This document shows positions 27,136 through 37,004 of a stretch of 64,000 nt of DNA, piece by piece. Made by a program: the position numbers and the translations under genes. The notes under the pieces were generated by a model. The model was not told the DNA's origin and made no database searches. It saw only the letters and a program-made list of their open reading frames with translations. Numbering within the stretch: position 1 is the first letter of the stretch; each line of letters opens with the position of its first letter. Source of the DNA: an uncultured bacterium (GTDB lineage Bacteria; Planctomycetota; UBA8742; UBA2392); contig CALLQI010000011.1 in the NCBI GenBank assembly GCA_938014885.1, forward strand, positions 51,344 to 115,343, written 5' to 3'.

Positions 27136-28947
27136 TCAGCGCTTGGCAATTGGCGCGGCCGGCAGGCTGATGCGGAAAGTGCTGCCTTTGCCGACTTCAC
27201 TTTCGGCCTCAACCTTGCCGCCGTGCTTGAGCGCGACGTGCTTAACGATGGCCAGCCCCAGGCCGGTGCCGCCCAAGGCCCGGCTGCGGGCCTTATCGAC
27301 ACGATAGAAGCGCTCGAACACCCGGGGCAGCGCGTCTTTGGGGATGCCCATGCCGGTGTCCTTCACCTCAAGCACCAGGCCAAGCTCATTCTGCTGCACG
27401 GTGATGTCGATGCGGCCCTCGGCGGGGGTGTAGCTGATCGCGTTGACGAGCAGGTTGTCCACGGCCTCAGTCATGTCTTCTTCGTTCACCAGCGCCATTG
27501 CTGGCTCTGCCGACGCGTGGAGGGTGACCTGCAGCTTCTTGGCGGCCGCGGCCTCAGCATGTTTGCGGATGCAGTTTTGCGCTACTTCGTTCAGGTCTAT
27601 GTGCTGGCGGCTTTCGTCGCCGATACCGCTTTCAAGCCGCGAGATGTTCAGGATGTCGCTTACCAGCTTGGTCAGGCGCGTGGCGTTGGTCTGGATTTTC
27701 TCAAGGAAGGGCCGGCGCACGGCCTCGTCGCTGTCGGCACCATCGAGCAGCGTTTCGACATAAGCGCTGATGCTGGTGAGCGGGGTCTTGAGCTCATGGC
27801 TGACATTGGCCACGAAGTCCTGTCGCATTTCCAGAAGCTTCTGGTCTTCGGTGGCGTCGCTGATCAGCAGCACAGCGTGCCTTGCACCGCCCTGGCTTTC
27901 GAACAAGGGGGTGGCCACGAAAGCAAGCACCCGGCGCTGCGAGCCTGCGGTGCGGTCCTCAACCCAGATGCGGCGCGGCTCGGTCAGGTTGGGCAGGCTG
28001 GCCAGCAATTCGTCGATCTCAGGCAGGCGTACGCGCTCCCACAAGGCGTGCCCGGCCAGATCATTGTGCGCGGTGCCCAGCATCTGTTCGGCCGCGTGGT
28101 TGGCCAGCAGCACTTTGCCCTCGGAATCGACCAGCAGCAGGCCTTCGCCCATGTTGTTCATGATGGCCGAAAGCTCGCGTCGGTTGGCCTCAAGCTGGCT
28201 CAGCCTTGCTGACAATTCGCGCACCATGGTGTTGAAGGCACCAACGAGTTTGCCGAATTCGTCGCGGCGACTGATTTCTATGGGACGATCCAAGTTGCCC
28301 GCCGCCACGGCCTGCGCGGCCTGCCTGACTTGCTCAATTGGCTGCACGATCACCCGGGTCAACGCAAACGAAAGCCCGATCCCGGCGACAAACAACGCCA
28401 GCACCGTAACCAGCAATGTGGTGCGCAGCGCCGACAGGCTGTTGTTGATCAGTCGGTCGGGCAGTGCCACGCGCACGATGTCGCCGTCAGGCCGGGCGAG
28501 GTCGGTCACCGCCACGAACAGGTACTGCTCGTCACGGGTGCCGCCACTGCGGCCGTCGCTGCCGGTGCCCTCCTTGATGGCGGCTGCCACTTCGGGGCGT
28601 GCGCCGATGTTGCCCATGCGGGCTGCGTCCATTTCGGAATCAGCCTTCACGATGCCGTCGCGGCCAATAATGGTGATGCGCGCTCCGGAACTGCCCGAGG
28701 TGCGGGTAACGAATTCCTGCAGGTTTACGGTACCGCCATGGCGCGTGAGGTCATCCAGCACCAGGCGCGCGCGCACTTCCAGGTCACGCGTGGTGTCGCG
28801 CAGGACGCTGCGGCTGAGTTCAAGCTCAAGGTAAAGGCCGGCAAACAGCAGAAAGACGCCAGCGGCGATGGTGTTGATGAGGAACAGCCGCCGGAAAAGC
28901 CGGCTGGTCCAGATGCTAGTTCTCTTCGAATCTGTAGCCGACACCAC
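27136..28947 (-). CDS. phoR: Sensor histidine kinase (TM-HAMP-PAS-HisKA-HATPase), PhoR-like by context.
   Basis: ...[16 protein letters not shown]... is the H-box and ...[12 protein letters not shown]... the G2 box. It overlaps the 3' end of the response-regulator gene and lies downstream of phoU and phoB. Confidence 0.85.
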   Translation of the reverse strand: MVSATDSKRTSIWTSRLFRRLFLINTIAAGVFLLFAGLYLELELSRSVLRDTTRDLEVRARLVLDDLTRHGGTVNLQEFVTRTSGSSGARITIIGRDGIVKADSEMDAARMGNIGARPEVAAAIKEGTGSDGRSGGTRDEQYLFVAVTDLARPDGDIVRVALPDRLINNSLSALRTTLLVTVLALFVAGIGLSFALTRVIVQPIEQVRQAAQAVAAGNLDRPIEISRRDEFGKLVGAFNTMVRELSARLSQLEANRRELSAIMNNMGEGLLLVDSEGKVLLANHAAEQMLGTAHNDLAGHALWERVRLPEIDELLASLPNLTEPRRIWVEDRTAGSQRRVLAFVATPLFESQGGARHAVLLISDATEDQKLLEMRQDFVANVSHELKTPLTSISAYVETLLDGADSDEAVRRPFLEKIQTNATRLTKLVSDILNISRLESGIGDESRQHIDLNEVAQNCIRKHAEAAAAKKLQVTLHASAEPAMALVNEEDMTEAVDNLLVNAISYTPAEGRIDITVQQNELGLVLEVKDTGMGIPKDALPRVFERFYRVDKARSRALGGTGLGLAIVKHVALKHGGKVEAESEVGKGSTFRISLPAAPIAKR

Positions 28948-29647
28948 GTACCGTCACGATGAAACTGCCGTACTTCCCCAACTTCTTGCGAAGCGCAGCC
29001 ACATGGACGTCAATGTTGCGGGCGGTGACAAACACGTCAGGGCCCACCACGGCATCCAGCAACTGGTCGCGGGTAAACACCCGGCCCTTCTTCTTTATCA
29101 AGAAGCTGAGAAGTTTGAACTCACTCAGCGTCAGGTCCAGCGGCTTTCCTTCCAGCAGACCTTCGTGGCGGCGCTGGTCAATGGTGATCGGGCCGGCCTT
29201 GAGGGCGTCTTCGGGTTCGGATTCGTCGCGGCTGTCGCTGCGGCGCAGCACGGCCTTGATGCGTGCCATGAGCTCGGTGGTGCTGAAAGGCTTCACGATG
29301 TAATCGTCGGCACCCAGGGTCAGGCCTACCACCACGTCCGCCTCAGTGCCTTTGGCGGTCAGCATCACCACCAGCATGTCGCGGGTGCGGGGGTCTTCGC
29401 GCAACTTGCGGCATACTTCCAGGCCGTCGATACCCGGCAACATCAGGTCCAGCAGCACCAGGTCAGGCAGGGTTTCGCGCGCGGCCTTCAGGCCTTCTTC
29501 ACCTGTGCTGGCACTGGATACCTGGTAATGGTTCTTTTCAAGGTTGTAGCGCAGGACATCGATGATGTCCGGTTCGTCTTCAATAATCAGGATGCGCTGG
29601 GTTTTGGTCATGGTTGAGCTGGTTGGTGCCGGCTTGGTTGCGGTCAT
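28916..29647 (-). CDS. phoB: OmpR/PhoB-family response regulator.
   Basis: ...RILIIEDEPDIIDVLRYNL...DLVLLDLMLPGIDGLEV...GADDYIVKPFS... followed by a winged-helix C-terminus ...[10 protein letters not shown]. Confidence 0.88.
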   Translation of the reverse strand: MTATKPAPTSSTMTKTQRILIIEDEPDIIDVLRYNLEKNHYQVSSASTGEEGLKAARETLPDLVLLDLMLPGIDGLEVCRKLREDPRTRDMLVVMLTAKGTEADVVVGLTLGADDYIVKPFSTTELMARIKAVLRRSDSRDESEPEDALKAGPITIDQRRHEGLLEGKPLDLTLSEFKLLSFLIKKKGRVFTRDQLLDAVVGPDVFVTARNIDVHVAALRKKLGKYGSFIVTVRGVGYRFEEN

Positions 29648-29649
29648 GC

Positions 29650-30318
29650 CTACTCCGTGTGGCGCGCGATGTCCCCCGTCAGGATGTACAGCACCTGCTG
29701 TGCAATGTCGGTGGCACGGTCTGCGGCGCGTTCAAGGTGGCGGATCAGGTGCATGGTCTGCAGCGCGACTTCGACCTGGTCGCCGTGCTGCTCCATCACT
29801 TCAATCAGTTTGCTGGTGGTGCTGCGGTACGCGACGTCCACTTCGTTATCCATGTCGATGACTTCGTGCGCCGCCAGCTCATCCAGGTTCACGAAGGCCT
29901 GCAGCGCCTTGTCGAACATCTTCACCACGCGCTGCCCCGGCCCGGCAATGTCAATGTTGATCGGCAGCGGCGGCCGCACGGCGATGAACTCGGCGCGTTT
30001 GGCGATACTGACGGCGCTGTCGCCGGTGTTTTCGATCAGCTGGTTGATCTTCAGCGCGCTGGCCACGTAGCGCAGGTCCTGCGCCACGGGCTGGTACAGC
30101 GCGATGATGCGCAGGCATTCTTCTTCGACGCGGACTTCGCGGGCATCAAGCAGCTTGTCGGTGTCGGCGACTTCGCGAGCCAGCGTCAGATTGCGCGAGT
30201 TATAGGCTTCCAGCGCCTTCGTCAGTTCGTGAAGGGCAAGTTTGCCGATATTGAGCAGGTTGTGCTTGAGTTGCTCAAGCTCGCGCAGCAGGTGTCTGGC
30301 TTGGGCTGGCATCTTCAT
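29650..30318 (-). CDS. phoU: Phosphate signalling complex protein PhoU.
   Basis: 222-aa two-repeat helical protein: ...DLRYVASALKINQLIENTGDSAVSIAKRA... and ...HLIRHLERAADRATDIAQ.... Confidence 0.9.
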   Translation of the reverse strand: MKMPAQARHLLRELEQLKHNLLNIGKLALHELTKALEAYNSRNLTLAREVADTDKLLDAREVRVEEECLRIIALYQPVAQDLRYVASALKINQLIENTGDSAVSIAKRAEFIAVRPPLPINIDIAGPGQRVVKMFDKALQAFVNLDELAAHEVIDMDNEVDVAYRSTTSKLIEVMEQHGDQVEVALQTMHLIRHLERAADRATDIAQQVLYILTGDIARHTE

Positions 30319-30449
30319 ACCCCATTCTGATAGCGACGAGCGGTCAAGGAGATGTTAAGAACTGGTCAGTCGCGCAATAAGCTTGGAAGGGTACAAAACT
30401 CGCATCTACCGGCTATCATTCCGCCATTGTTACCGGAGCTGAACAGCGC

Positions 30450-31451
<1,002 letters not shown>

Positions 31452-31514
31452 CGGCGGCATCCGGGTTTGGGAACGCTCGATTCAGCGCCATTGCCGCACC
31501 CACACGCTGATGCC

Positions 31515-31543
31515 GTGCTTCGTGCACTTCGTGCCCTTCGTGG
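31515..31543. repeat. Three 9-nt periodic CTTCGTG units between convergent genes.
   Basis: gtgCTTCGTGcaCTTCGTGccCTTCGTGg. The same heptamer family (CTTCGCG/CGCGAAG) builds the element at 50783-51024. Confidence 0.6.
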
Positions 31544-31561
31544 AAAAACGCCGTTTGCCGC

Positions 31562-32770
31562 TTACCCGTTGGTTTCGACCGGCGGGTTTGGGTTGGCGGG
31601 TTTGGGTATGCGGCCGGTCAGGCGGCCGGTTTTCCGGCCGTGCAGGATGCGCAATATCTGGTCGCCGTAGCGCTCGGCGCGGCTGGTGCCGACTCGCGGC
31701 ACTTCGGCCAGCTCTCGGGCGTCTTGCGGCGGTTGCAGAATCAGGTCCATCATCACGCTGGTGGGCAGTACGGCCTGCAGGCCTACGCCGCGCTTTGCGG
31801 CCTCGGTTTCGCGCCAGCGTTTCAGCTTGCCCAGGCGGTCGCGCTGGCGCGGGTCCAGGCGTTTGGCGGGCTCGATCTCTTCGCGGCGGGGGGCGCGGAA
31901 TGGTGATGGCTCGGCCCCGGCAATCGTGTCCAGCAGCGATTGCGCGTGCTCGGCCAGGATCCATTCGCCAATACCGCGCATGGTGCGCAGGGCGTCGGCC
32001 TCACGGGGCATGCTGCGGGCCATCTCAAGCAGCGCATGGTCGGGCATGACACGGAACGACGCGCGGTCGAGTGTGCGGGCCAGTTCATCGCGCCAGGCGT
32101 AGAGTGCCTTCAGCACGCCGCGCTGCTGGTCGCTGAGTTCGCCGTGGCCCTTGATGCGGCGGAAGCGCTCCGGGTCGAATTCGCGCTCGCGGGGCTCGCT
32201 GTCGGCGACCATGCGGCATTCGATCAGGTACTCGTCCATCAGTTCGAACTTGCGCACCTCTTCCATGATCATGTCGTGCACCTTGAACAGGTGGCGCGTG
32301 TCGTTGATCAGGTAGGCCACGTGCGCGGGCTCAATCGGGCGGCGCGACCAGTCATGGCGCTGCAACTCTTTCTCGAGTGTCAGGCCCAGGTAGGTCTCAA
32401 CCAGCGCGGCAAGACCCGTGTGCTGCATGCCCAGCAGTGAGGCCGCCACCGAGGTGTCCTGCACCTGCCCGAATTCGAGCTTGTAGTCGCGCTTGAGGGC
32501 CAGCACGTCATTCTGGCCTGAGTGCATCAGGGTGGGCACGTTGCTGCGTTCGACCAGTGGTTGCAGGTCGGTCATTGCGGGGCCGACGGCGATGGTATCG
32601 ACGATGACGTCCACTTCTTCGCTGGAAAGCGTGACGATGCAGACGCGGTCGCGATAGTTGTAGAAGCCGTCGGCTTCAATATCGAGCGACACGCGCGGTG
32701 CCCGCATCAGCTCGGCCACCACTTCGCGCAGTCGTGCGGGATCGGTAATGATTTCGATGCTGTTCCGCAA
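31562..32770 (-). CDS. rnd: Ribonuclease D (3'-5' exonuclease plus HRDC domain).
   Basis: ...VSLDIEADGFYNYRDRVCIVTLS...HSGQNDVLAL...VAYLINDTRHL... are the DEDD-y exonuclease motifs. An HRDC-like region follows. Confidence 0.86.
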   Translation of the reverse strand: MRNSIEIITDPARLREVVAELMRAPRVSLDIEADGFYNYRDRVCIVTLSSEEVDVIVDTIAVGPAMTDLQPLVERSNVPTLMHSGQNDVLALKRDYKLEFGQVQDTSVAASLLGMQHTGLAALVETYLGLTLEKELQRHDWSRRPIEPAHVAYLINDTRHLFKVHDMIMEEVRKFELMDEYLIECRMVADSEPREREFDPERFRRIKGHGELSDQQRGVLKALYAWRDELARTLDRASFRVMPDHALLEMARSMPREADALRTMRGIGEWILAEHAQSLLDTIAGAEPSPFRAPRREEIEPAKRLDPRQRDRLGKLKRWRETEAAKRGVGLQAVLPTSVMMDLILQPPQDARELAEVPRVGTSRAERYGDQILRILHGRKTGRLTGRIPKPANPNPPVETNG

Positions 32771-32893
32771 TCGAACAACTTCCTGCAGGCGGGGGCGTAA
32801 GCGAAACCCCTGTTTAATGTAGAAAGGCCGCCTTGAACAGGGTTCATTCCCGGCGAAGGGCCTTCTCAGGACAGTTTACGATGCGGCCGGACG

Positions 32894-33937
32894 CTACTTG
32901 GACTCCTCAAACGCCTTGATGGCCGCATCAAGCCCGTCAATCGTGACATACCACTTGATCTCGCTATTGCTGTTGACGTATCTGAAGGTCAGTAAGCCGT
33001 AGCCGAGTTCGCCTGCATTCTCGGTTGGCTCAGCCACAATCCCGCCGCGATCACCGCCCGAATTCTTGAGGACCTTGCTGCGAAGCTGGAAATACTTGCC
33101 CTCGAACCATTCCATGTCGGCGCCCGTATCGGTGAGCTCGGCCGGGGGCACGGCGGTTTTCGAGTACTGAACCCGGCACTGGTCTCTAGCGGACATCAGG
33201 ATCTGCTCGCCCTCGGCGCGCTTGGCATCAAGGACCTCGGTCTCGAGATTGCCGCTCCTTAGCGCGCTCTCGGACATCAGGGCCATGAGGTCCAGCGGCT
33301 CAAACAATGCAATGCGGAAGTCCACTTCCGTGACGTGCCAGCTGCTGCCTTCGGCGACGGCCTTCACTGTGATGCGGTCGCGATAGTTGGCATTGCGGTA
33401 TTCGACCTTACCCACAATACGGGACTTGTATGAGCCGACAGGCCCGTCACCGTCAGGGAGCACTTCTTCCGTGACCTCGCGGTCCACCTGGTACCACCGG
33501 GCCTTCAGGCGCGCATCCAGCTCGGCGTTTCCACGCAGGCGATAAAAGCCCCAGAACAGCGCATGTAGTTTCTCTGGCGTGAGCGCCTTGACGTCGGCGG
33601 CAGACTTCAAGCCCAGCTGCCCGTTGGGGTCGAATTCCTTGACGCCTTCGACCACCTCTTTGTTGATCGCATCTGCTTCTTCCTTGGACCCGGAGAGGGA
33701 CTTGGCGATCATTGCTCCCGTCTCTTCGTGAACCATGCGGGCGCGCTCTTGCAGCCATGGCGCGTGAGCGTTGAACAGTTCTTCGGCCGTGCCCGTCAGG
33801 ATGGCAGCCTTTATGTTGCCAGCCTGCCGTGCCAGCGTGTCGCCGCTGGCCTGGGCCTGCATGGGCGCAATCGGGGCCGCCAAACCCATCAGCAGCACTG
33901 CAGCCAGGGCCACGGTTCCTGTCACGAGGCTTCGCAT
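32894..33937 (-). CDS. Secreted hypothetical protein (347 aa).
   Basis: I chose ATG 33937, with GGAGAG upstream. MRSLVTGTVALAAVLLMGLAAPIAPMQAQA is a signal peptide. I recognise no family. Confidence 0.72.
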   Translation of the reverse strand: MRSLVTGTVALAAVLLMGLAAPIAPMQAQASGDTLARQAGNIKAAILTGTAEELFNAHAPWLQERARMVHEETGAMIAKSLSGSKEEADAINKEVVEGVKEFDPNGQLGLKSAADVKALTPEKLHALFWGFYRLRGNAELDARLKARWYQVDREVTEEVLPDGDGPVGSYKSRIVGKVEYRNANYRDRITVKAVAEGSSWHVTEVDFRIALFEPLDLMALMSESALRSGNLETEVLDAKRAEGEQILMSARDQCRVQYSKTAVPPAELTDTGADMEWFEGKYFQLRSKVLKNSGGDRGGIVAEPTENAGELGYGLLTFRYVNSNSEIKWYVTIDGLDAAIKAFEESK

Positions 33938-34140
33938 CGGTCTCTCCGGTGAATTGTGTTCGCTGCCAGCTTGCCGCGCGCCCGCCGCGATCGCCACAAG
34001 AAACCTGCCACCCGCCGCACCCGGCACGGTGTTTGCACTGTACTGTTCCGTGCCGACGCGGGATTGATTTGCGCCTGCGTGGCGTTGAAGGCTGTTGAGT
34101 GGAAAGCTTGTGAAATCAAGCTTCGGCGCGGCTCCCCGCA

Positions 34141-34169
34141 TTGACGGGCTTTCCGCACAGGGCTAGTTT
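34141..34169 (+). promoter_or_regulatory. Candidate sigma70-type promoter for clpC (TTGACG-N17-TAGTTT).
   Basis: The hexamers and spacing were read directly from the sequence, about 50 nt upstream of ATG 34221. This is a pattern match only. Confidence 0.3.
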
Positions 34170-34220
34170 GATCACTCTGCAAACCCCAACCCCCGCGCTT
34201 TGCGGGGTATCGAGGCAAAC

Positions 34221-36833
34221 ATGTTTGAGCAATTCACCGAACGTGCCCGCAAGGTCCTTGGACTCGCGCGCCAGGAAGCCCAGAAGTTCAACCACGAGTA
34301 CATCGGCACTGAGCACATACTGCTTGGGCTGATCCTCGAGGGCTCGGGCGTGGCTGCCACCGTCCTGCGCAACATGGACGTGGACCTGCGCAAGATCCGC
34401 CTCGAGATCGAAAAGCTGGTGCAGCAGGGCCCGCAAGTCATGCACGCGCCCAGCAAGCTGCCCTTCACCCCACGCGCCAAGCGCGTCATCGACCTCGCCA
34501 AAGAAGAGGCCGCAAGCCTGAACCACGAACACGTCGGCACTGAGCACCTGCTGCTGGGCCTGTTGCGCGAAAACGAAGGCATCGCCGCCCAGGTCCTGAT
34601 GAACCTCGGCGTGCGCCTGGACGAAGTGCGCGAAGAAGTGCTTGAGCTGCTGAGCCCCGAGGCTGGCGCCAAGTCCGAAGACACCGGCCGCCGCGGCAAG
34701 CCCCGCGACACCGGCGCCGTCAACCCAAGCGCAGGCCAGCCGCCCAGCGGAGGCGGTGCTGCGGGCAACGAAAAATCCAAGACTCCGGCGCTGGATGCCT
34801 TCGGCCGCGACCTCACTGAACTCGCCCGCGAAGGCAGCCTTGACCCCGTCATCGGCCGCAAGAACGAAATCGAACGCGTGATCCAGGTGCTGTGCCGCCG
34901 CACCAAGAACAACCCGGTGCTGATCGGTGAGGCCGGCGTAGGCAAAACTGCCATCGTCGAAGGCTTGGCCCAGGAAGTGATCAGCGGCAACGTGCCGGAA
35001 CTGCTGCGCGACCGCCGCATCGTCGTGCTGGACCTGGCCATGATGGTCGCCGGCACCAAGTACCGCGGCCAGTTCGAGGAACGCATCAAGGCGGTGATGA
35101 CCGAAGTGCGCCGCGCCAAGAACGTCATCCTGTTCATCGACGAGCTGCACACGCTGGTCGGCGCAGGCGGCGCGGAAGGCGCCATCGACGCCAGCAACGT
35201 GCTGAAGCCGGCACTCAGCCGCGGCGAAGTGCAGGTCATCGGCGCGACCACGCTGGATGAATACCGCCGCTACATCGAAAAGGACGGCGCACTCGAACGC
35301 CGCTTCCAGCAGGTGGTGGTTGAGCCGCCGAACATCGAAGACGCGCTGGCGATTCTGAAGGGTCTCAAAGACCGTTACGAATCGCACCACCGCGTGCGCT
35401 ACACCGACGAAGCGCTTAAGGGTTGCGTGGACCTGTCGTCGCGCTACATCCCCAGCCGCTTCCTGCCGGACAAGGCCATCGACGTGATGGACGAGGCCGG
35501 GGCGCGCGTGCGTCTGCGCAGCATGAGCAAGCCGCCAGACTTGTCTGAACTGAACACCGAAATCGACCGCCTGGAAGCCGAGAAGGACGAGGCGATCAGC
35601 AACCAGGAGTACGAAAAGGCCGCCCAGCTGCGCGACAAGGCCATGCAGTTGCGCAAGGAAAAGGAACGCATGCAGCGCGAATGGCGCGAGCAGGCGAACC
35701 TGATCAACGGCGTCGTCGATGAAGAAGTGATCTGCGAAACCGTCAGCAAGATGACGGGCATTCCGCTGACGCGCATCGACCAGGGCGAGTCCGAACGCCT
35801 GTTGAAGATGGAAGAAGAGCTGCACAAGCGCGTGATCAGCCAGCACGAAGCGATCAGCCAGATCGCCCGCGCGCTGCGCCGTTCACGTGCCGGGCTCAAG
35901 AACCCCAAGCGCCCGATCGGCAGCTTCCTGTTTGTCGGCCCCACGGGCGTCGGCAAGACGCTGCTGTGCAAGGCGCTGGCCGAGTTCATGTTCGGCAGCG
36001 AAGAAGCGCTGGTGCAGATTGACATGTCCGAGTACATGGAAAAGTTCAACGTCAGCCGCCTCGTGGGCGCGCCCCCGGGCTACGTCGGCTACGAAGAAGG
36101 CGGCCAGCTGACCGAAAAGATCCGCCGTCGCCCGTACGCGGTGGTGCTGATGGACGAAATCGAAAAGGCGCACCCCGACGTCTACAACATGCTGCTGCAG
36201 GTCATGGAAGAAGGCCAGTTGACCGACAGCTTCGGCCGCATCGTGGACTTCAAGAACGTGGTGCTGATCCTGACCAGCAACATCGGCGCGAACATCATCA
36301 AGAACCAGACGGGCCTCGGCTTCGTGAAGAAGGACGACGACTCGCGGCATGAAAAGATGCGCGAGATGCTGATGCACGAGATCGAGCGTCACTTCAAGCC
36401 GGAGTTCCTGAACCGCCTGGATGACATCATCGTGTTCCAGCCGCTGAAGCAGGAAGACCTGTTCAAGATCTTTGACATTGAAATGAAGGGAGTGCGCAAC
36501 CGACTCAAGGCGCACGAAATTGAGCTGGACGTGCCGCAGGAAGCCAAAGAATGGGTGCTGGCCACCAAGGAAGTCCAGAACCTCGACTTCGGCGCCCGCC
36601 CGCTGCGCCGCGCCATTGAGCGCTACATCGAAAACGTGCTCAGTGAAGAGCTGTTGCGGGGCGCGTTGGCAGGCAAGGGCAAGATCAGCGTGAAGGTGAA
36701 GAAGAGCAAGGGCGACGACGGCAAGGAAAAGTCCGAGCTCGAGTTCATCTTCAGCGACAAGCCCAAGGGCGACAAGGACGACAAAAAGAAGAAAGACAAG
36801 TCCGAAACCGCCACCGTCACCGCCGAAAGTTAG
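34221..36833 (+). CDS. clpC: ATP-dependent Clp protease ATP-binding subunit ClpC.
   Basis: [37 protein letters not shown]... gives two Clp_N repeats. It also has two AAA modules ([15 protein letters not shown] and [15 protein letters not shown]) and a UVR-like linker. There is a Lys/Asp-rich C-terminal tail. Confidence 0.95.
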   Translation: MFEQFTERARKVLGLARQEAQKFNHEYIGTEHILLGLILEGSGVAATVLRNMDVDLRKIRLEIEKLVQQGPQVMHAPSKLPFTPRAKRVIDLAKEEAASLNHEHVGTEHLLLGLLRENEGIAAQVLMNLGVRLDEVREEVLELLSPEAGAKSEDTGRRGKPRDTGAVNPSAGQPPSGGGAAGNEKSKTPALDAFGRDLTELAREGSLDPVIGRKNEIERVIQVLCRRTKNNPVLIGEAGVGKTAIVEGLAQEVISGNVPELLRDRRIVVLDLAMMVAGTKYRGQFEERIKAVMTEVRRAKNVILFIDELHTLVGAGGAEGAIDASNVLKPALSRGEVQVIGATTLDEYRRYIEKDGALERRFQQVVVEPPNIEDALAILKGLKDRYESHHRVRYTDEALKGCVDLSSRYIPSRFLPDKAIDVMDEAGARVRLRSMSKPPDLSELNTEIDRLEAEKDEAISNQEYEKAAQLRDKAMQLRKEKERMQREWREQANLINGVVDEEVICETVSKMTGIPLTRIDQGESERLLKMEEELHKRVISQHEAISQIARALRRSRAGLKNPKRPIGSFLFVGPTGVGKTLLCKALAEFMFGSEEALVQIDMSEYMEKFNVSRLVGAPPGYVGYEEGGQLTEKIRRRPYAVVLMDEIEKAHPDVYNMLLQVMEEGQLTDSFGRIVDFKNVVLILTSNIGANIIKNQTGLGFVKKDDDSRHEKMREMLMHEIERHFKPEFLNRLDDIIVFQPLKQEDLFKIFDIEMKGVRNRLKAHEIELDVPQEAKEWVLATKEVQNLDFGARPLRRAIERYIENVLSEELLRGALAGKGKISVKVKKSKGDDGKEKSELEFIFSDKPKGDKDDKKKKDKSETATVTAES

Positions 36834-36852
36834 GCCACGCAGGCTGCATCAA

Positions 36853-36887
36853 CGGGACAGGCCCAAGGCCTGTCCCGTTTATCTTTT
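36853..36887 (+). terminator. Rho-independent terminator after clpC.
   Basis: CGGGACAGGCC-caa-GGCCTGTCCCG is an 11-bp perfect stem, followed by tttatctttt. Confidence 0.75.
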
Positions 36888-37004
36888 GGTCGGGAAGTAG
36901 CGCCGCTCGGGGCGCAGGCGTCGCGTCGGTTTTTCTGGCGAAACGCCCGGCAATTCTCTAGCCTGCCGCCTCAATCTCACACCCTGAGCGGAGGCTGGCT
37001 ACAG

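Noticed and set aside
31482-32102. Arg/Pro/Ala-rich ORFs on both strands over the rnd 3' region (31482..31964 -, 31510..32049 +, 31686..32102 +).
   Set aside because: They have low-complexity composition and overlap the well-supported RNase D frame, with no motifs. They are shadow frames.
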